A stretch of 59,452 nt of DNA, filler included. It is 4 parts of 4 records of this genome, joined end to end, with 100 filler letters (N's around TTAATTAATTAA, not from the genome) between each part and the next. Parts side by side here need not be neighbours in the genome. Positions count along the whole stretch, not along the records: positions 1 to 26,515 come from DRR723986_6840; 3 more parts are not named here. One strand, 5' to 3'. The translations under genes were made by a program, and so were the position numbers. Shown here piece after piece: positions 1 through 10,608 of the stretch (positions within the stretch are counted from its first letter, which is position 1; every line of letters begins with the position of its first letter). The notes under the pieces were generated by a model. It was given only the letters and a program-made list of their open reading frames with translations. It was not told the origin of the DNA and did no database searches.

Positions 1-462
1 CATCGGCCAGTTCCACGGCGTGATCAGCGCACACACGCCCACCGGCTCGTATACGATGCGGTCATTGGGGGCATGATCGCCCAGGGGGCGGATAAACTGG
101 AAATTCTTTGCCGCTTTCAGGAAATTGCTGGTGTGCCACAGCCCGGCGCCCACCTGCTGGGTGCGTGCCATTTCAATGGGCGCGCCCATGCAAATGCTGA
201 TGGCTTGGGCCAGATCTTCGGACCGGCTTTTGTAGACCTCAAGCATCTTTTCAACCAGCGCAATGCGCTCGGCCACGGGGGTGGCCATCCAGCCGGGAAA
301 CGCGGCTTTGGCTGCAGCCACCGCGGCATCGGTATCGCCCTGCCCACCCATCGAAATCACCGCGCAAGGCTCTTCTGTAGAGGGGTCGATCACGTGATGG
401 TCGCGTGGCACAACCGGGTCTACCCATGCGCCGTTGATATAAAATTGGCGTTTCTCGATCAT
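1..462 (-). CDS. Aldehyde dehydrogenase family protein (5' part; continues beyond window start)
   Basis: Not in ORF track. Manual reverse translation from ATG at 462 (GGAGG RBS upstream) gives MIEKRQFYINGAWVDP...ALITPWNWPM, the ALDH PWNxP motif; frame is open to position 1. Confidence 0.9.
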   Translation of the reverse strand, partial: MIEKRQFYINGAWVDPVVPRDHHVIDPSTEEPCAVISMGGQGDTDAAVAAAKAAFPGWMATPVAERIALVEKMLEVYKSRSEDLAQAISICMGAPIEMARTQQVGAGLWHTSNFLKAAKNFQFIRPLGDHAPNDRIVYEPVGVCALITPWNWPM

Positions 463-696
463 CTCAGAGCCTCCGTCGAAATTCATGATTCCGGCACCCA
501 CCGGGTTGTCGGCGCCACTGTGTCACTGGCCATGGCGCAGGACAAGGGCGGATAAATCAGATTTACCCAAACGCCACGGCACCGCCGCACAGCGACATCC
601 TGTCACCCTGGCGGCATTGTCGGGCAACGGGGCTGGTATCTGGCAGTTTAGAATGTATCTAAGAAACGGAATATTCATGAACCACAGGAGATCTTC

Positions 697-1350
697 ATGG
701 GCCTGCGCATCAACGACATCGTGCCAAATTTCACCGCTGAAACCGATCAGGGCACCATCACATTTCATGACTGGATCGGCGATAGCTGGGCGATTTTGTT
801 CAGCCACCCCAAAGATTTCACCCCCGTCTGCACAACCGAATTCGGCGCCGTGGCGCAGCTGGCCGATGAATGGGCCAAGCGCAACACCAAGGTCATTGGC
901 CTGTCGGTTGATGGCGTCGACGAGCACAAGCAGTGGAAAGGCGATATCGCGGCTTTTGCCGGTGCCCAACCCACCTTCCCCATCATCGCAGATACCGGGC
1001 TGGAGGTGTCAAAAGCCTTTGATATGCTGCCCGCCGATGCCTATTTGCCCGATGGCCGCACCGCCGCAGATTCGGCCAGCGTGCGATCGGTTTTCATCAT
1101 CAGCCCCAATAAAAAGGTGCAGCTGATCATGACCTACCCCATGTCGGTTGGCCGCAACTTTGCCGAAGTGCTGCGCGCCCTCGATGGGCTGCAGGCCACC
1201 TTTGGCACCCCCATCGCAACACCGGCCAACTGGACCGTGGGCCAAGACGTGATCGTGGCACTGTCGCTGAACGACGACCAAGCCCGCGAAAAATTTGGTG
1301 AAATCGATGTAAAACTGCCCTATCTGCGCACCACCAAACTGGGCGCCTAA
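697..1350 (+). CDS. 1-Cys peroxiredoxin (Prx6 family)
   Basis: FSHPKDFTPVCTTE active-site motif, GRNFAEVLR; AGGAG RBS. Confidence 0.95.
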   Translation: MGLRINDIVPNFTAETDQGTITFHDWIGDSWAILFSHPKDFTPVCTTEFGAVAQLADEWAKRNTKVIGLSVDGVDEHKQWKGDIAAFAGAQPTFPIIADTGLEVSKAFDMLPADAYLPDGRTAADSASVRSVFIISPNKKVQLIMTYPMSVGRNFAEVLRALDGLQATFGTPIATPANWTVGQDVIVALSLNDDQAREKFGEIDVKLPYLRTTKLGA

Positions 1351-1377
1351 GCGCATTTTTGCAGATACTACGTGATC

Positions 1378-1408
1378 AAGGGGCCCCCATTGGGGCCCTT
1401 TCCTTTTG
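1378..1408 (+). terminator. Probable intrinsic terminator after peroxiredoxin
   Basis: AAGGGGCCCC-CATT-GGGGCCCTTT hairpin followed by CCTTTT. Confidence 0.6.
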
Positions 1409-1526
1409 CGGCACCATTTTGCCTGTAGACAAGCGCCCAAGCTGCGCTTAACGGGCGCAACTGAATTTCTATTTTGTCGTGGCAAAAAGCATGGCACCTT
1501 AGGAATGCTTCCTCGCAGAGGTGCCC

Positions 1527-2018
1527 ATGAGCACAGATAAGCATGGCAGGGCCGCAGCCCCCATCGTGATTGGCTGGCGCGAACGTATCGCGCTGCCCGA
1601 TCTGGGTATTGTGCTGCAGGCAAAAATTGATACCGGGGCGCGCACATCAGCACTGCATGCCACGCGCATTCGCCGCTTTGAAAAAGACGGCCGGCCCTGG
1701 GTGCGCTTTCATATCCCCCACAGCTCGGGCGTGGCCGCCACCGATTGCGAGGCGCCGCTGGTAGATCAGCGGGCTGTGAAAAACACCAGCGGCTTACCCC
1801 AACACAGGCTGGTGATTGAAACCGGGCTGGTGCTGGGCCATCGCCGCTGGCCCATTGAAATTACCCTTGCCAACCGCAGCGCCATGGCCATGCCCATTAT
1901 TCTGGGTCGCACCGCCATTCGCCGCCGGCGTATCCTTGTGGATGCGGGCAAATCTTTTCTGGCCGGGCCACCGCTGGTGGCGGGCCTGTCGTTGTCGCAA
2001 AAAGGCACCCCCGAATGA
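1527..2018 (+). CDS. RimK-associated retropepsin-like protease (RimB / 'ATP-dependent Zn protease' family)
   Basis: [19 protein letters not shown] (DTG aspartic protease motif), ILGRTA; ATGA overlap with rimK. Confidence 0.85.
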   Translation: MSTDKHGRAAAPIVIGWRERIALPDLGIVLQAKIDTGARTSALHATRIRRFEKDGRPWVRFHIPHSSGVAATDCEAPLVDQRAVKNTSGLPQHRLVIETGLVLGHRRWPIEITLANRSAMAMPIILGRTAIRRRRILVDAGKSFLAGPPLVAGLSLSQKGTPE

Positions 2019-2920
2019 AAATCGCCATGCTAACCCGTAACCCAAAGCTCTATTCGCACCAGCGCCTGAAACAGGCAGCCGAGGCACGGGGCCACGAGCT
2101 GGACATGATCAACACGCTGCGCTGTTCGATGAACATCGCCTCGCGCCGCCCTGAAATTTACTACGAGGGCGCCAAACTGCCCCGCTACGATGCGGTGATC
2201 CCGCGCATTGGCGCATCGATCACGTTTTACGGGCTGGCGGTGCTGCGTCAATTTGAAATGCAAGGGGTCTACCCGCTGAACGAAAGCGTGGCCATCGGGC
2301 GCTCGCGCGATAAGCTGCGCTCGATGCAATTGCTGGCGCGCGATGGCATTGGCCTGCCCGTCACCACATTTGCCCATGATCCGAAAAAAGCCGAAGAGGT
2401 GATCAAACTATCGGGCGGCGCGCCTGTGGTGATCAAGCTGCTGGAAGGCACCCAAGGTATTGGCGTGGTTTTGGCCGATACCGAACGCTCAGCAAAATCG
2501 GTGATCGAGGCATTTCGCGGCGCCGATGTGAACATCTTGGTGCAGGAATTCATCAAAGAGGCCGGCAGCACCGATATCCGCGCCTTTGTGATTGGCGGCA
2601 AGGTGGTGGCCGCCATGCAGCGCACCGGCGCCGAGGGCGAATTTCGCTCGAACCTGCACCGCGGGGGCACGGCAAAGGCGGTGAAAATCACGCCCGAGGA
2701 ACGCTCGACCGCATTGCGCGCGGCGCGGGCCATGGGGCTGAATGTATGCGGCGTGGATATGTTGCGCTCGAACCACGGGCCAGTGGTGATGGAGGTGAAC
2801 AGCTCGCCCGGGCTGGAAGGCGTGGAAGAGGCCACCGGCAAAGACATCGCCGATATGGTGATTGCCTTCATCGAACGCACAGCCCGCGATGGCGCCACCC
2901 GCACCAAAGGCAAAGGATGA
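2015..2920 (+). CDS. rimK: RimK ATP-grasp glutamate ligase (30S ribosomal protein S6--L-glutamate ligase)
   Basis: [48 protein letters not shown]; 301 aa. Confidence 0.95.
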   Translation: MKIAMLTRNPKLYSHQRLKQAAEARGHELDMINTLRCSMNIASRRPEIYYEGAKLPRYDAVIPRIGASITFYGLAVLRQFEMQGVYPLNESVAIGRSRDKLRSMQLLARDGIGLPVTTFAHDPKKAEEVIKLSGGAPVVIKLLEGTQGIGVVLADTERSAKSVIEAFRGADVNILVQEFIKEAGSTDIRAFVIGGKVVAAMQRTGAEGEFRSNLHRGGTAKAVKITPEERSTALRAARAMGLNVCGVDMLRSNHGPVVMEVNSSPGLEGVEEATGKDIADMVIAFIERTARDGATRTKGKG

Positions 2921-3963
2921 CCCCCCGCCCCGCCCCCTTTGTGCTGGCCGGCCACAGCGTGGCGCCCGGCACCCGCCGCACCATAGACCTGCCGGTATCG
3001 TCGCTGTCAGATCACACGCCTGTCACCATGTCGGTGCATGTGATCCACGGCAAACGCCCGGGCCCCGTGATGTTTGTCAGCGCCGCAATCCATGGCGACG
3101 AGGTGATTGGCGTGGAAATCGTGCGCCGCCTCTTGCGCGCCCGGCCCCTGCACAGCTTGGCAGGCACGTTGATGGCGGTGCCCATCGTCAACACCTTTGG
3201 GTTTTTGAACCATGCCCGCTATTTACCCGACCGGCGCGATCTGAACCGCTGCTTTCCCGGCACGCCCGAGGGCTCGCTTGGCGCGCGGCTGGCGCATATC
3301 TTTTTGGAACAGATCGTCAAACGGGCCGATATCGGTATCGATCTGCACTCGGCCGCGATCCAGCGCACCAACTTGCCACAAATCCGCCTGACACCCGGCA
3401 ATGCCCGCCTGCGCCAGCTTGGCGAGGCCTTTGGCGCCCCTGTCATGCTGCGCTCGAAACTGCGCGAAGGCTCGCTGCGGATGGCCGCCGAAGAGGCCGG
3501 CGTTGACGTGCTGCTTTACGAGGCGGGCGAGGGGCTGCGTTTCGACGAGCTGGCCGCGCGCACCGGTGTGGCCGGGATTTTGCGGGTAATGCACAAATTG
3601 GGCATGATCAGCGCCCGCGGCGTGCCCCGCGCCCCTGCCCCGCCTGTTACAAGCGATCGCTCGGGCTGGCAGCGGGCGCCCGCAGGCGGGCTGTTTCGCG
3701 CCTACCGCACCACCGGAGATGTGGTGAAACCAGGCGAGATTATGGGCATCATCGCCGATCCCTTTGGTCTGGCCGAGGTGGAATTGCGCAGCGAGGTGGG
3801 CGGTATCGTGGTGGGGCGCACCAATATGCCGGTGGTCAACGAAGGCGAGGCGCTGTTTCACATCGCGGAAATCAGCAAACCCGCCCATGCCGAAGCCGCC
3901 ATCGAAGGCATGGCCGCGCAGATGGAGGCCGAGCCGCTGTTTGACGAAGACGAAATCATCTAG
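2917..3963 (+). CDS. Succinylglutamate desuccinylase/aspartoacylase (M14-like) family deacylase
   Basis: [24 protein letters not shown] motifs; start reassigned to ATG 2917 (ATGA overlap with rimK stop). Confidence 0.9.
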   Translation: MTPRPAPFVLAGHSVAPGTRRTIDLPVSSLSDHTPVTMSVHVIHGKRPGPVMFVSAAIHGDEVIGVEIVRRLLRARPLHSLAGTLMAVPIVNTFGFLNHARYLPDRRDLNRCFPGTPEGSLGARLAHIFLEQIVKRADIGIDLHSAAIQRTNLPQIRLTPGNARLRQLGEAFGAPVMLRSKLREGSLRMAAEEAGVDVLLYEAGEGLRFDELAARTGVAGILRVMHKLGMISARGVPRAPAPPVTSDRSGWQRAPAGGLFRAYRTTGDVVKPGEIMGIIADPFGLAEVELRSEVGGIVVGRTNMPVVNEGEALFHIAEISKPAHAEAAIEGMAAQMEAEPLFDEDEII

Positions 3964-4544
3964 GCCTGCTCGCTACCCCATCTGGGGTGCAACACCACCT
4001 TTGCCCCACGCTGCACCCGCGCAACCAGGTGGATCACATGGTCGTTGATCATGCGCGCGCACCCGTTCGAGCTGGCGGTGCCCACCGTCCATGGCTGATT
4101 GGTGCCATGGATGCGCAAATAGGTGTCGCGCGGCCCGTGAAACAGGTAAATCGCCCGCGCACCCAGCGGGTTGTTCGGCCCGCCCGGCATGCCGCCCCGA
4201 TATTTGGCATAAGCCGCCGGGTTGCGGCGGATCATCTCGTTTGTGGGGCGCCAGCGCGGCCATTCGGCCATCCATTTCACATGATAGGTGCCCGGCTCCC
4301 ACAGGGCGGGTTTTGATACCGCCACGGTATAACGCCAGGCCTTGTAATCGGGCAGTGTGAGATACAGCGCAAAGACGTTTGGATCGACATGTATTTCACC
4401 TGCAGGCAAATACTCGTCCAGCGCCACGATTCTGGGGGCCAGTTCTGGCCCGGGCTGAAACCGCTGGGGTTTTTGTGCCATAGCCACCTGCGGCATGGCC
4501 AAAGCCGTGCCAAGACCGCCCAGAAATAAACGACGCGACAGCAT
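3960..4544 (-). CDS. L,D-transpeptidase (YkuD/ErfK family) with Tat signal
   Basis: SRRLFL Tat motif; NPLGARAIYL and RIHGT...SSNGCARM catalytic motif. Confidence 0.9.
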   Translation of the reverse strand: MLSRRLFLGGLGTALAMPQVAMAQKPQRFQPGPELAPRIVALDEYLPAGEIHVDPNVFALYLTLPDYKAWRYTVAVSKPALWEPGTYHVKWMAEWPRWRPTNEMIRRNPAAYAKYRGGMPGGPNNPLGARAIYLFHGPRDTYLRIHGTNQPWTVGTASSNGCARMINDHVIHLVARVQRGAKVVLHPRWGSEQA

Positions 4545-4631
4545 CAGCCCCCCCTATAAATACCAACCCAGTCTACAAAGTGTATCGCGGGCAGATCAAG
4601 CCCCTATGGGTTGTGGCCAAGTGGGGTGGGC

Positions 4632-5279
4632 CTAAAAATCGGCCGGGGCGCGAAAGCTAAGGCCCTTGCCGCTTTCGGGGTGGTTCAGGCGCAGTTCCTC
4701 GGAATGAAGCATCAACCGGGGAAACGCCAGCGCAGGCCCTTGTGCGTAAAACGGATCGCCCAAAATCGGGTGGCCCAAGGCCTGCATATGCACCCTTAGC
4801 TGGTGGCTGCGCCCGGTGCGCGGCATCAGGCGCAGGCGGCTTTCGGTGGCCGTGCTGCGCAGCAGGCGCCAATCGGTAACTGCGGGCTTTCCGGTGTCGT
4901 GGCAGACTTTCTGCAGCGGGCGGTTGGGCCAATCGACGATCAGCGGCAGATCCACGGTTCCGGCCTTTTCCGTCACCTGCCCCCACACCCGCGCCACATA
5001 GGTTTTGCGCGTCTGACGCTTTTCAAACTGCTGGCCCAAGGCGCGTTGTGCATGCGGTGTCAGGGCAAAGACCATCACACCAGATGTATCGCGATCCAGC
5101 CGATGCACCAACAAGGCGGTGGGAAAGGTGGCTTGAATACGGGTGATCAAACAATCGGCCAGATGCGCCCCGCGCCCCGGCACAGACAGCAGGCCTGCGG
5201 GTTTGTTCACCGCCAACAGCGCGTGATCATCATATAAGATATCCAAGGGGCCGCTGGGCGGGGAATAGGTGCTACTCAT
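4632..5279 (-). CDS. rluA: RluA family pseudouridine synthase
   Basis: VNKPAGLLSVPG, VHRLDRDTSG, TGRSHQLRVH, GHPILGD. Confidence 0.9.
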   Translation of the reverse strand: MSSTYSPPSGPLDILYDDHALLAVNKPAGLLSVPGRGAHLADCLITRIQATFPTALLVHRLDRDTSGVMVFALTPHAQRALGQQFEKRQTRKTYVARVWGQVTEKAGTVDLPLIVDWPNRPLQKVCHDTGKPAVTDWRLLRSTATESRLRLMPRTGRSHQLRVHMQALGHPILGDPFYAQGPALAFPRLMLHSEELRLNHPESGKGLSFRAPADF

Positions 5280-5350
5280 GCGCGCGCCTTAGCGAAGAAT
5301 GGGCTGGCCGTAAATGCCCGGGCCAACGGCCAGCCCCAAAACACCCGCGA

Positions 5351-6421
5351 TCAGGCAGCCAAATCTGCCATAACGCGTGACAGGTGGTAATCGGTGTCGC
5401 CCAATTGCGCATCCAGCATGATCAGGCGTTTGGCGTAATGCGACACGGGGTATTCCCATGTCATGGCAATACCACCGTGCATTTGAATGGCCTCTTCCGC
5501 CACCAAACGCCCAGCCCGGCCGATCATGTTTTTCGCCATCGAGGCAAAACGCCCCGCATCTGGCCCGCCCAGTTCAGAGGCGGCTTTGATGGTGATCGAG
5601 CGGGCCTGCTCGATCTCGGTAAGCATGTCTACCGCGCGATGCTGCAACACCTGAAACTTGCCAATTGGCACGCCAAATTGCTTGCGGGTTTTCAGGTAAT
5701 CAACGGTTGTGGCATGCACCACATCCATCACACCCACAGCCTCGGCGCATAGGGCCACGATGCCGGCATTCACCGCATCTGCGATAATCGCCCCGGCATC
5801 TGCGGCCAACAGCTGTGCGGGCGTGCCATCAAGCAGCAGCTCGGCCGCGCCCGCGCCATCCATCATCGGATAGCCCACCACCTGCGCCGCTGCGGCCTGC
5901 ACCGAAAACAGCGCCGGGGCGCCGTTTAGCATGGCGGCAACCAGAAAAACATCGGCCACTTGCCCACCATAGACGCTGGTTTTGCGCCCGGTCAGTGCAT
6001 GGCCATCGCCCTGCGCCACGGCGCTGCATTCCATCGCCTGCAGATCATAGGGCGCATCCACCTCGGCCAGGGCCACGGCGTATTTCGCAGCCCCCGACAG
6101 CAGTGCCTCTTGGTCTTGCTCGAGCGCGGTCAGGATGCGCGCAGCCATGGCGGCGCCCAACATCGGCTCGGGGCACAGGGTGCGGCCCAGCGCCTCGAAC
6201 ACCACGGCAATGTCAAAGCCAGTGCCGCCAAAGCCACCCGCGCTTTCGGGCGACAGGGCAAATAACGCGCCCAATTCGGCCAGTTCGCCCCATTTGCCAT
6301 CGTCATGGCAGGGCAGATCATAGGCCACAGCATTGCGGTGCTCGACCGGGTATTTATCGCCCAGATAGCGGGTCAGGCTGTCTGCCAGCATCTGGCGGTC
6401 TTCGGTTAGGTTAAAATCCAT
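5351..6421 (-). CDS. Acyl-CoA dehydrogenase, small (PimD-like) subunit
   Basis: MDFNLTEDRQML, RKQFGVPIGKFQVLQHR, QMHGGIAMTWE; follows PimC-like gene. Confidence 0.85.
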   Translation of the reverse strand: MDFNLTEDRQMLADSLTRYLGDKYPVEHRNAVAYDLPCHDDGKWGELAELGALFALSPESAGGFGGTGFDIAVVFEALGRTLCPEPMLGAAMAARILTALEQDQEALLSGAAKYAVALAEVDAPYDLQAMECSAVAQGDGHALTGRKTSVYGGQVADVFLVAAMLNGAPALFSVQAAAAQVVGYPMMDGAGAAELLLDGTPAQLLAADAGAIIADAVNAGIVALCAEAVGVMDVVHATTVDYLKTRKQFGVPIGKFQVLQHRAVDMLTEIEQARSITIKAASELGGPDAGRFASMAKNMIGRAGRLVAEEAIQMHGGIAMTWEYPVSHYAKRLIMLDAQLGDTDYHLSRVMADLAA

Positions 6422-6422
6422 A

Positions 6423-7610
6423 TCAGAGCTCCAGTGCTGCTTTGCTCAAAATATTACGCTGGATCTCGTTCGAGCCACCGAAGATCGAGGTTTTGCGGTT
6501 ATTGAAATAACGCGCAGCGTTGTGTTCGGTGCCATCGGGGCCAAACATGATGTTGCCCTCGGCCAGATAGCCGGGGAATGGCGCCGCCACAGGGCCCAGC
6601 GCACGGCGCGCCAGATCTTTCAGCTCTTGGTGAATGACGGTGCCCTTGATTTTCAAGATCGAGGTTTCCGGCCCCGGTGCACCCTGCTGCTGCGCCTTGA
6701 ACAGCATCCGCAGGTTGGTGATTTTCATCGCCTCCAGATCTACCTCGGCCTGGGCGATACGCGCCGCAAACAGCGGGTCATCGATCAGGCGTTTGCCCCC
6801 GCGGCGGATTTTGCGCGCCAGCGCCTTTACCTCTTCCAGCGACTGCATGGAAAAGCCCACGCCGGCAATGCCCGTGCGTTCGTGGGTCAGCAGGAATTTG
6901 GCGATGGTCCAGCCTTTGTTTTCCTCGCCCACAAGGTTTTCAGCGGGCACGCGCACATCGGTGAAAAACACCTCGTTTACCTCGTGGCCCCCTTCGATCA
7001 GGCGAATCGGGCGCACCTCGATGCCGGGGGTGTTCATATCCACCAGGATAAAGCTGATGCCTTGCTGCTGCTTGGCCTCGGGATCGGTGCGGCACAGGCA
7101 AAAGATTTTATCGGCATGCTGGCCCAGGGTTGTCCAGGTTTTCTGGCCGTTGATCACCCAATGATCGCCATCGCGCACCGCGCGGGTTTTCAGCGAGGCC
7201 AGATCGCTGCCAGCGCCCGGCTCGGAATAGCCCTGGCACCACCAATCCTCGCCCGACAAAATGCGCGGCAGGTAATATTCTTTCTGCGCTTGTGTGCCAA
7301 ATTCGATCAGCACCGGCCCCAGCATATTCAGCCCAAAGGGCACGATGCGGGGCGCATAGGCGCGGCAGCATTCTTCCTCGAAAATATGGCGCTGCACGGG
7401 CGTCCAGCCGGGGCCGCCGTGTTCTTTGGGCCAAATCGTGGCCAGCCAGCCCTTGCGCTGCAAAATGGCGTGCCATTCTTCCATCATCTCTTTGGTCAGC
7501 TCGCCACCCTTGCGCACAGCTTCGGTCATGGCGGTGGGCAGGTTATCGGCCAGATAGCTGCGCACTTCGTCGCGAAAGGCGATGTCGTTTTCAGAAAAGC
7601 TCAGGTCCAT
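6423..7610 (-). CDS. Acyl-CoA dehydrogenase, large (PimC-like) subunit
   Basis: WCQGYSEPGAGSDLASL, NGQKTWTT, SIFGGSNEIQRNI. Confidence 0.88.
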   Translation of the reverse strand: MDLSFSENDIAFRDEVRSYLADNLPTAMTEAVRKGGELTKEMMEEWHAILQRKGWLATIWPKEHGGPGWTPVQRHIFEEECCRAYAPRIVPFGLNMLGPVLIEFGTQAQKEYYLPRILSGEDWWCQGYSEPGAGSDLASLKTRAVRDGDHWVINGQKTWTTLGQHADKIFCLCRTDPEAKQQQGISFILVDMNTPGIEVRPIRLIEGGHEVNEVFFTDVRVPAENLVGEENKGWTIAKFLLTHERTGIAGVGFSMQSLEEVKALARKIRRGGKRLIDDPLFAARIAQAEVDLEAMKITNLRMLFKAQQQGAPGPETSILKIKGTVIHQELKDLARRALGPVAAPFPGYLAEGNIMFGPDGTEHNAARYFNNRKTSIFGGSNEIQRNILSKAALEL

Positions 7611-7612
7611 AG

Positions 7613-9712
7613 TCACCCTTCCTTGTTCAAATCTGCAAAAGTTTTCCCTGTTTCGGCCATCTGCTGCAAGATCGCAGGCACCTGCCAGTAGTTGGCATCT
7701 TCTTGCGCATAGCGCGTGATGCGCGCCACCAGTTCCTTGGCGCCCAGCGTATCGGCATAGTGCAAAGGCCCCCCACGATAGCGCGGGAACCCGTAGCCAA
7801 AGACAAACACCATATCCACATCAACGGGGCGTTTGGCGGTGCCATCTTCCACCACGCGGGCGGCCTCGACGATCATCGCGGTCATGTAGCGATCGACGAT
7901 CTCGTCATCGCTGAAATCACGCGGGCTAATGCCTTTTTCGCTGCGCACCGCATCGATAATCGCCAGCGCATCCGGGTTTGGCACCGGGGCGCCACCATCG
8001 TAATTGTAATAGCCCCGGCCTGTTTTGCGGCCAAACCAGCCGTTTTCGCAAATGCGATCCGCCACATCACCGGCATAACGTTCGGCCGGGTTGCGGGTGG
8101 CGGCCTTGCGCTTGCGGGTCATCCAGCCAATGTCCAAGCCGGCCAAATCGCCCACCTTATGCGGGCCCATGGCAAAGCCAAACGCCTCGAGCGCGGCATC
8201 CACCTGCGCGGGTGCGGCGCCATCCAACACCAGATATGAGGCGGTTTTGGAATAATGCGCCAGAATGCGGTTGCCGATAAACCCATCGCAGACCTGCGCC
8301 AAAACACCCACTTTTTTCAACCGTTTCGCCAAGGCAAAGCCACTGGCCAGCACATCTGGCGCGGTGGCCGCGCCTTGCACGATTTCCAACAAACGCATCA
8401 CATGCGCCGGGCTGAAGAAATGCAGGCCCAGCACATCTTGGGGGCGCTGCGTGCAGGCGGCAATCTCGTTGATATCCAGATACGAGGTGTTCGAGGCCAA
8501 AATCGCCCCGGGTTTGCAAATGCCATCCAGCGTGCCGAAGATGTCTTTTTTCACATCCATCTGTTCGAACACGGCCTCGATCACCAGATCGACATCGCCC
8601 AGATCTTCCATCTTTAGGCTAGGCGTCAGCGCGGCCAGCACGCCATCGCGTTTGTCGGCAGGCAATTTCCCCCGCGACACTGCGCCGTCGATGTTTTTGG
8701 TGATCGTATCAACGCCCCGCTGCAGCCCTTCGGGGGCCACCTCGACCAAGACCACCGGCAAACCCGCCAGCAAGCACGAGGTGGCAATGCCCGAGCCCAT
8801 CGTGCCACCGCCGATCACACCCACTTTGGCAATGTCGCGCGCGGGGGCTTTGGCCTCGGGCACGTTGGACACCGCCCGTTCGCCAAAAAACGCATGGATC
8901 ATGCCGGCCCGTTGGGGCGTTTGCATGCAATCAAGAAAGGCTTGGCGTTCCACGGCCAGCCCTTCGGTGCGGGGCAGATAGGCGGCGCGCACCGCCTCGA
9001 CAATTTTATGCGGGGCCACCAGATGCGCCTGTTTGGCCCGCAGCATGGCCGCGGTATCATCTAGCGCCTTGTCGTCTTGCGGGGTGGCCAGATCGCAGGT
9101 GCGGCGGGTGGGCAGGGTGCCGGCCAGCACCTCGGCTGCGGCGGCCAGCGCCACATCGCGCGGCGCGCCTGCCTGCAGGCGGTCAAGCAGGCCCTTTTCC
9201 AGCGCTTCGCGCGCCGAAACCATCCGCCCCGATAGCGCCATATCCAGCGCCATGGGAATGCCCGCAAGGCGCGGCACGCGCTGCGTGCCACCGGCGCCGG
9301 GCAACAGGCCAAGGTTGATTTCGGGCAGGCCCACGCGCAGCCCCTCGATGCCAATGCGGGCATGGGTGGCAAGGCCCAGTTCAAACCCACCGCCCAGCGC
9401 GGTGCCATGCAGCACGCTGATCACCGGGGTTTGGCTGTCTTCGATCACATTAAACACATCGGGCAAGGCAGGCGGCATCGGCGGCTTGCCAAATTCGCGG
9501 ATATCGGCGCCCGCCACAAAGGTGCGCCCGGCCGCGTAAATGGCGATCACCTTGGCCTGGGCATCGGCATTCAGCACCTCGATGGCCTCTTGCAGCCCTT
9601 GGCGCACGGCTTGGCCCGTGGCATTCACCGGCGGGTTATCGATGCAGATCAGCGCCACATCGCCCACACGTTCAATAGAAATTGGTTCGTTTATTTGTTG
9701 AATATCTGGCAT
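7613..9712 (-). CDS. Enoyl-CoA hydratase / 3-hydroxyacyl-CoA dehydrogenase multifunctional protein (PimF-like)
   Basis: N-terminal crotonase (DNPPVNA, FVAGADI, ALGGGFE) plus C-terminal HAD (IGGGTMG, ASNTS, HFFSPA); start set at MPDIQQ (9712). Confidence 0.9.
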   Translation of the reverse strand: MPDIQQINEPISIERVGDVALICIDNPPVNATGQAVRQGLQEAIEVLNADAQAKVIAIYAAGRTFVAGADIREFGKPPMPPALPDVFNVIEDSQTPVISVLHGTALGGGFELGLATHARIGIEGLRVGLPEINLGLLPGAGGTQRVPRLAGIPMALDMALSGRMVSAREALEKGLLDRLQAGAPRDVALAAAAEVLAGTLPTRRTCDLATPQDDKALDDTAAMLRAKQAHLVAPHKIVEAVRAAYLPRTEGLAVERQAFLDCMQTPQRAGMIHAFFGERAVSNVPEAKAPARDIAKVGVIGGGTMGSGIATSCLLAGLPVVLVEVAPEGLQRGVDTITKNIDGAVSRGKLPADKRDGVLAALTPSLKMEDLGDVDLVIEAVFEQMDVKKDIFGTLDGICKPGAILASNTSYLDINEIAACTQRPQDVLGLHFFSPAHVMRLLEIVQGAATAPDVLASGFALAKRLKKVGVLAQVCDGFIGNRILAHYSKTASYLVLDGAAPAQVDAALEAFGFAMGPHKVGDLAGLDIGWMTRKRKAATRNPAERYAGDVADRICENGWFGRKTGRGYYNYDGGAPVPNPDALAIIDAVRSEKGISPRDFSDDEIVDRYMTAMIVEAARVVEDGTAKRPVDVDMVFVFGYGFPRYRGGPLHYADTLGAKELVARITRYAQEDANYWQVPAILQQMAETGKTFADLNKEG

Positions 9713-9813
9713 GCATTCCCCCCAAGCACTATATGCGACACGCCCGAAACTAGACCGGGCGGTGCGGTCAGTCAACTTGATGGAATAGGTTTTCGCAATG
9801 CGGAAATTGCCTG

Positions 9814-10608
9814 TTACGCAGCGTTCCGAATGCTGCGCCACAGGCTGCTAAACGCAAATAGCACCGCCGCTGCACAAACAATGCTGGGGCCAGCTGGCGT
9901 GTCTTGGTAGAAAGACACACCCAAACCAGCGGCCACTGCCGCCATAGCAACCACCGCCGCCAGCAGCGCCATACGCTCGGGCGTGGCGGCAAAGGGGCGC
10001 GCAGCTGCGGCGGGCACCAGCAACAGCGCCGCAATCAACAACACGCCCACCACCTTGATTGCCACCGCAACCACCAAGGCCAGCGCCAAGGTCAGCACCA
10101 ATTGCTCGCGTTTTGGATCTAGCCCCGAGGCGCAGGCCAAATCAGGGTTCAGCGTTGTGGTCAGCAACGCCTGCCAGCGCCACACCAACAGCACCACCAC
10201 AGCCAGCGCACCGCCCCAAATCACCCCCAGATCACCGGTGGTTACGGCCAGGATATCGCCAAACAGATAGGCCATCAGATCGATGCGCACATCTTGCAGA
10301 AACGACACCGCCACCAAACCAAAGGCCAGCGAGGAATGCGCCAAAACCCCCAGCAACGTATCCATAGAATAGCCCCGCCCCGACAGGCTGCTGACGGTCA
10401 GCGCCATCAGCAAGGCCACGGCCACAGCGCCGGTGAACACCGGCAAGCCAAAGGCCAGGGCCAAGGCCACACCCAAAATCGCGGCATGGGCGGTGGCATC
10501 GCCAAAATAGGCCATCCGCCGCCAAACCACAAAACAGCCGATAGGCGCTGCCGCCAGCGCAACACCAAAGCCCGCCACCAAGGCCCGCAGCAGAAAATCA
10601 TCAAACAT
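9814..10608 (-). CDS. znuB: Zinc ABC transporter permease
   Basis: MFDDFLLRAL...GCFVVWRRMAYFGDATAH, YLFGDIL; start reassigned to 10608. Confidence 0.93.
   Translation of the reverse strand: MFDDFLLRALVAGFGVALAAAPIGCFVVWRRMAYFGDATAHAAILGVALALAFGLPVFTGAVAVALLMALTVSSLSGRGYSMDTLLGVLAHSSLAFGLVAVSFLQDVRIDLMAYLFGDILAVTTGDLGVIWGGALAVVVLLVWRWQALLTTTLNPDLACASGLDPKREQLVLTLALALVVAVAIKVVGVLLIAALLLVPAAAARPFAATPERMALLAAVVAMAAVAAGLGVSFYQDTPAGPSIVCAAAVLFAFSSLWRSIRNAA

Noticed and set aside
6522-7691. Long antisense ORFs (e.g. 6522-7691, 12917-13915, 22374-23408, 26568-27695, 37887-39017)
   Set aside because: Shadow frames of well-supported genes in GC-rich DNA; no motifs or RBS.
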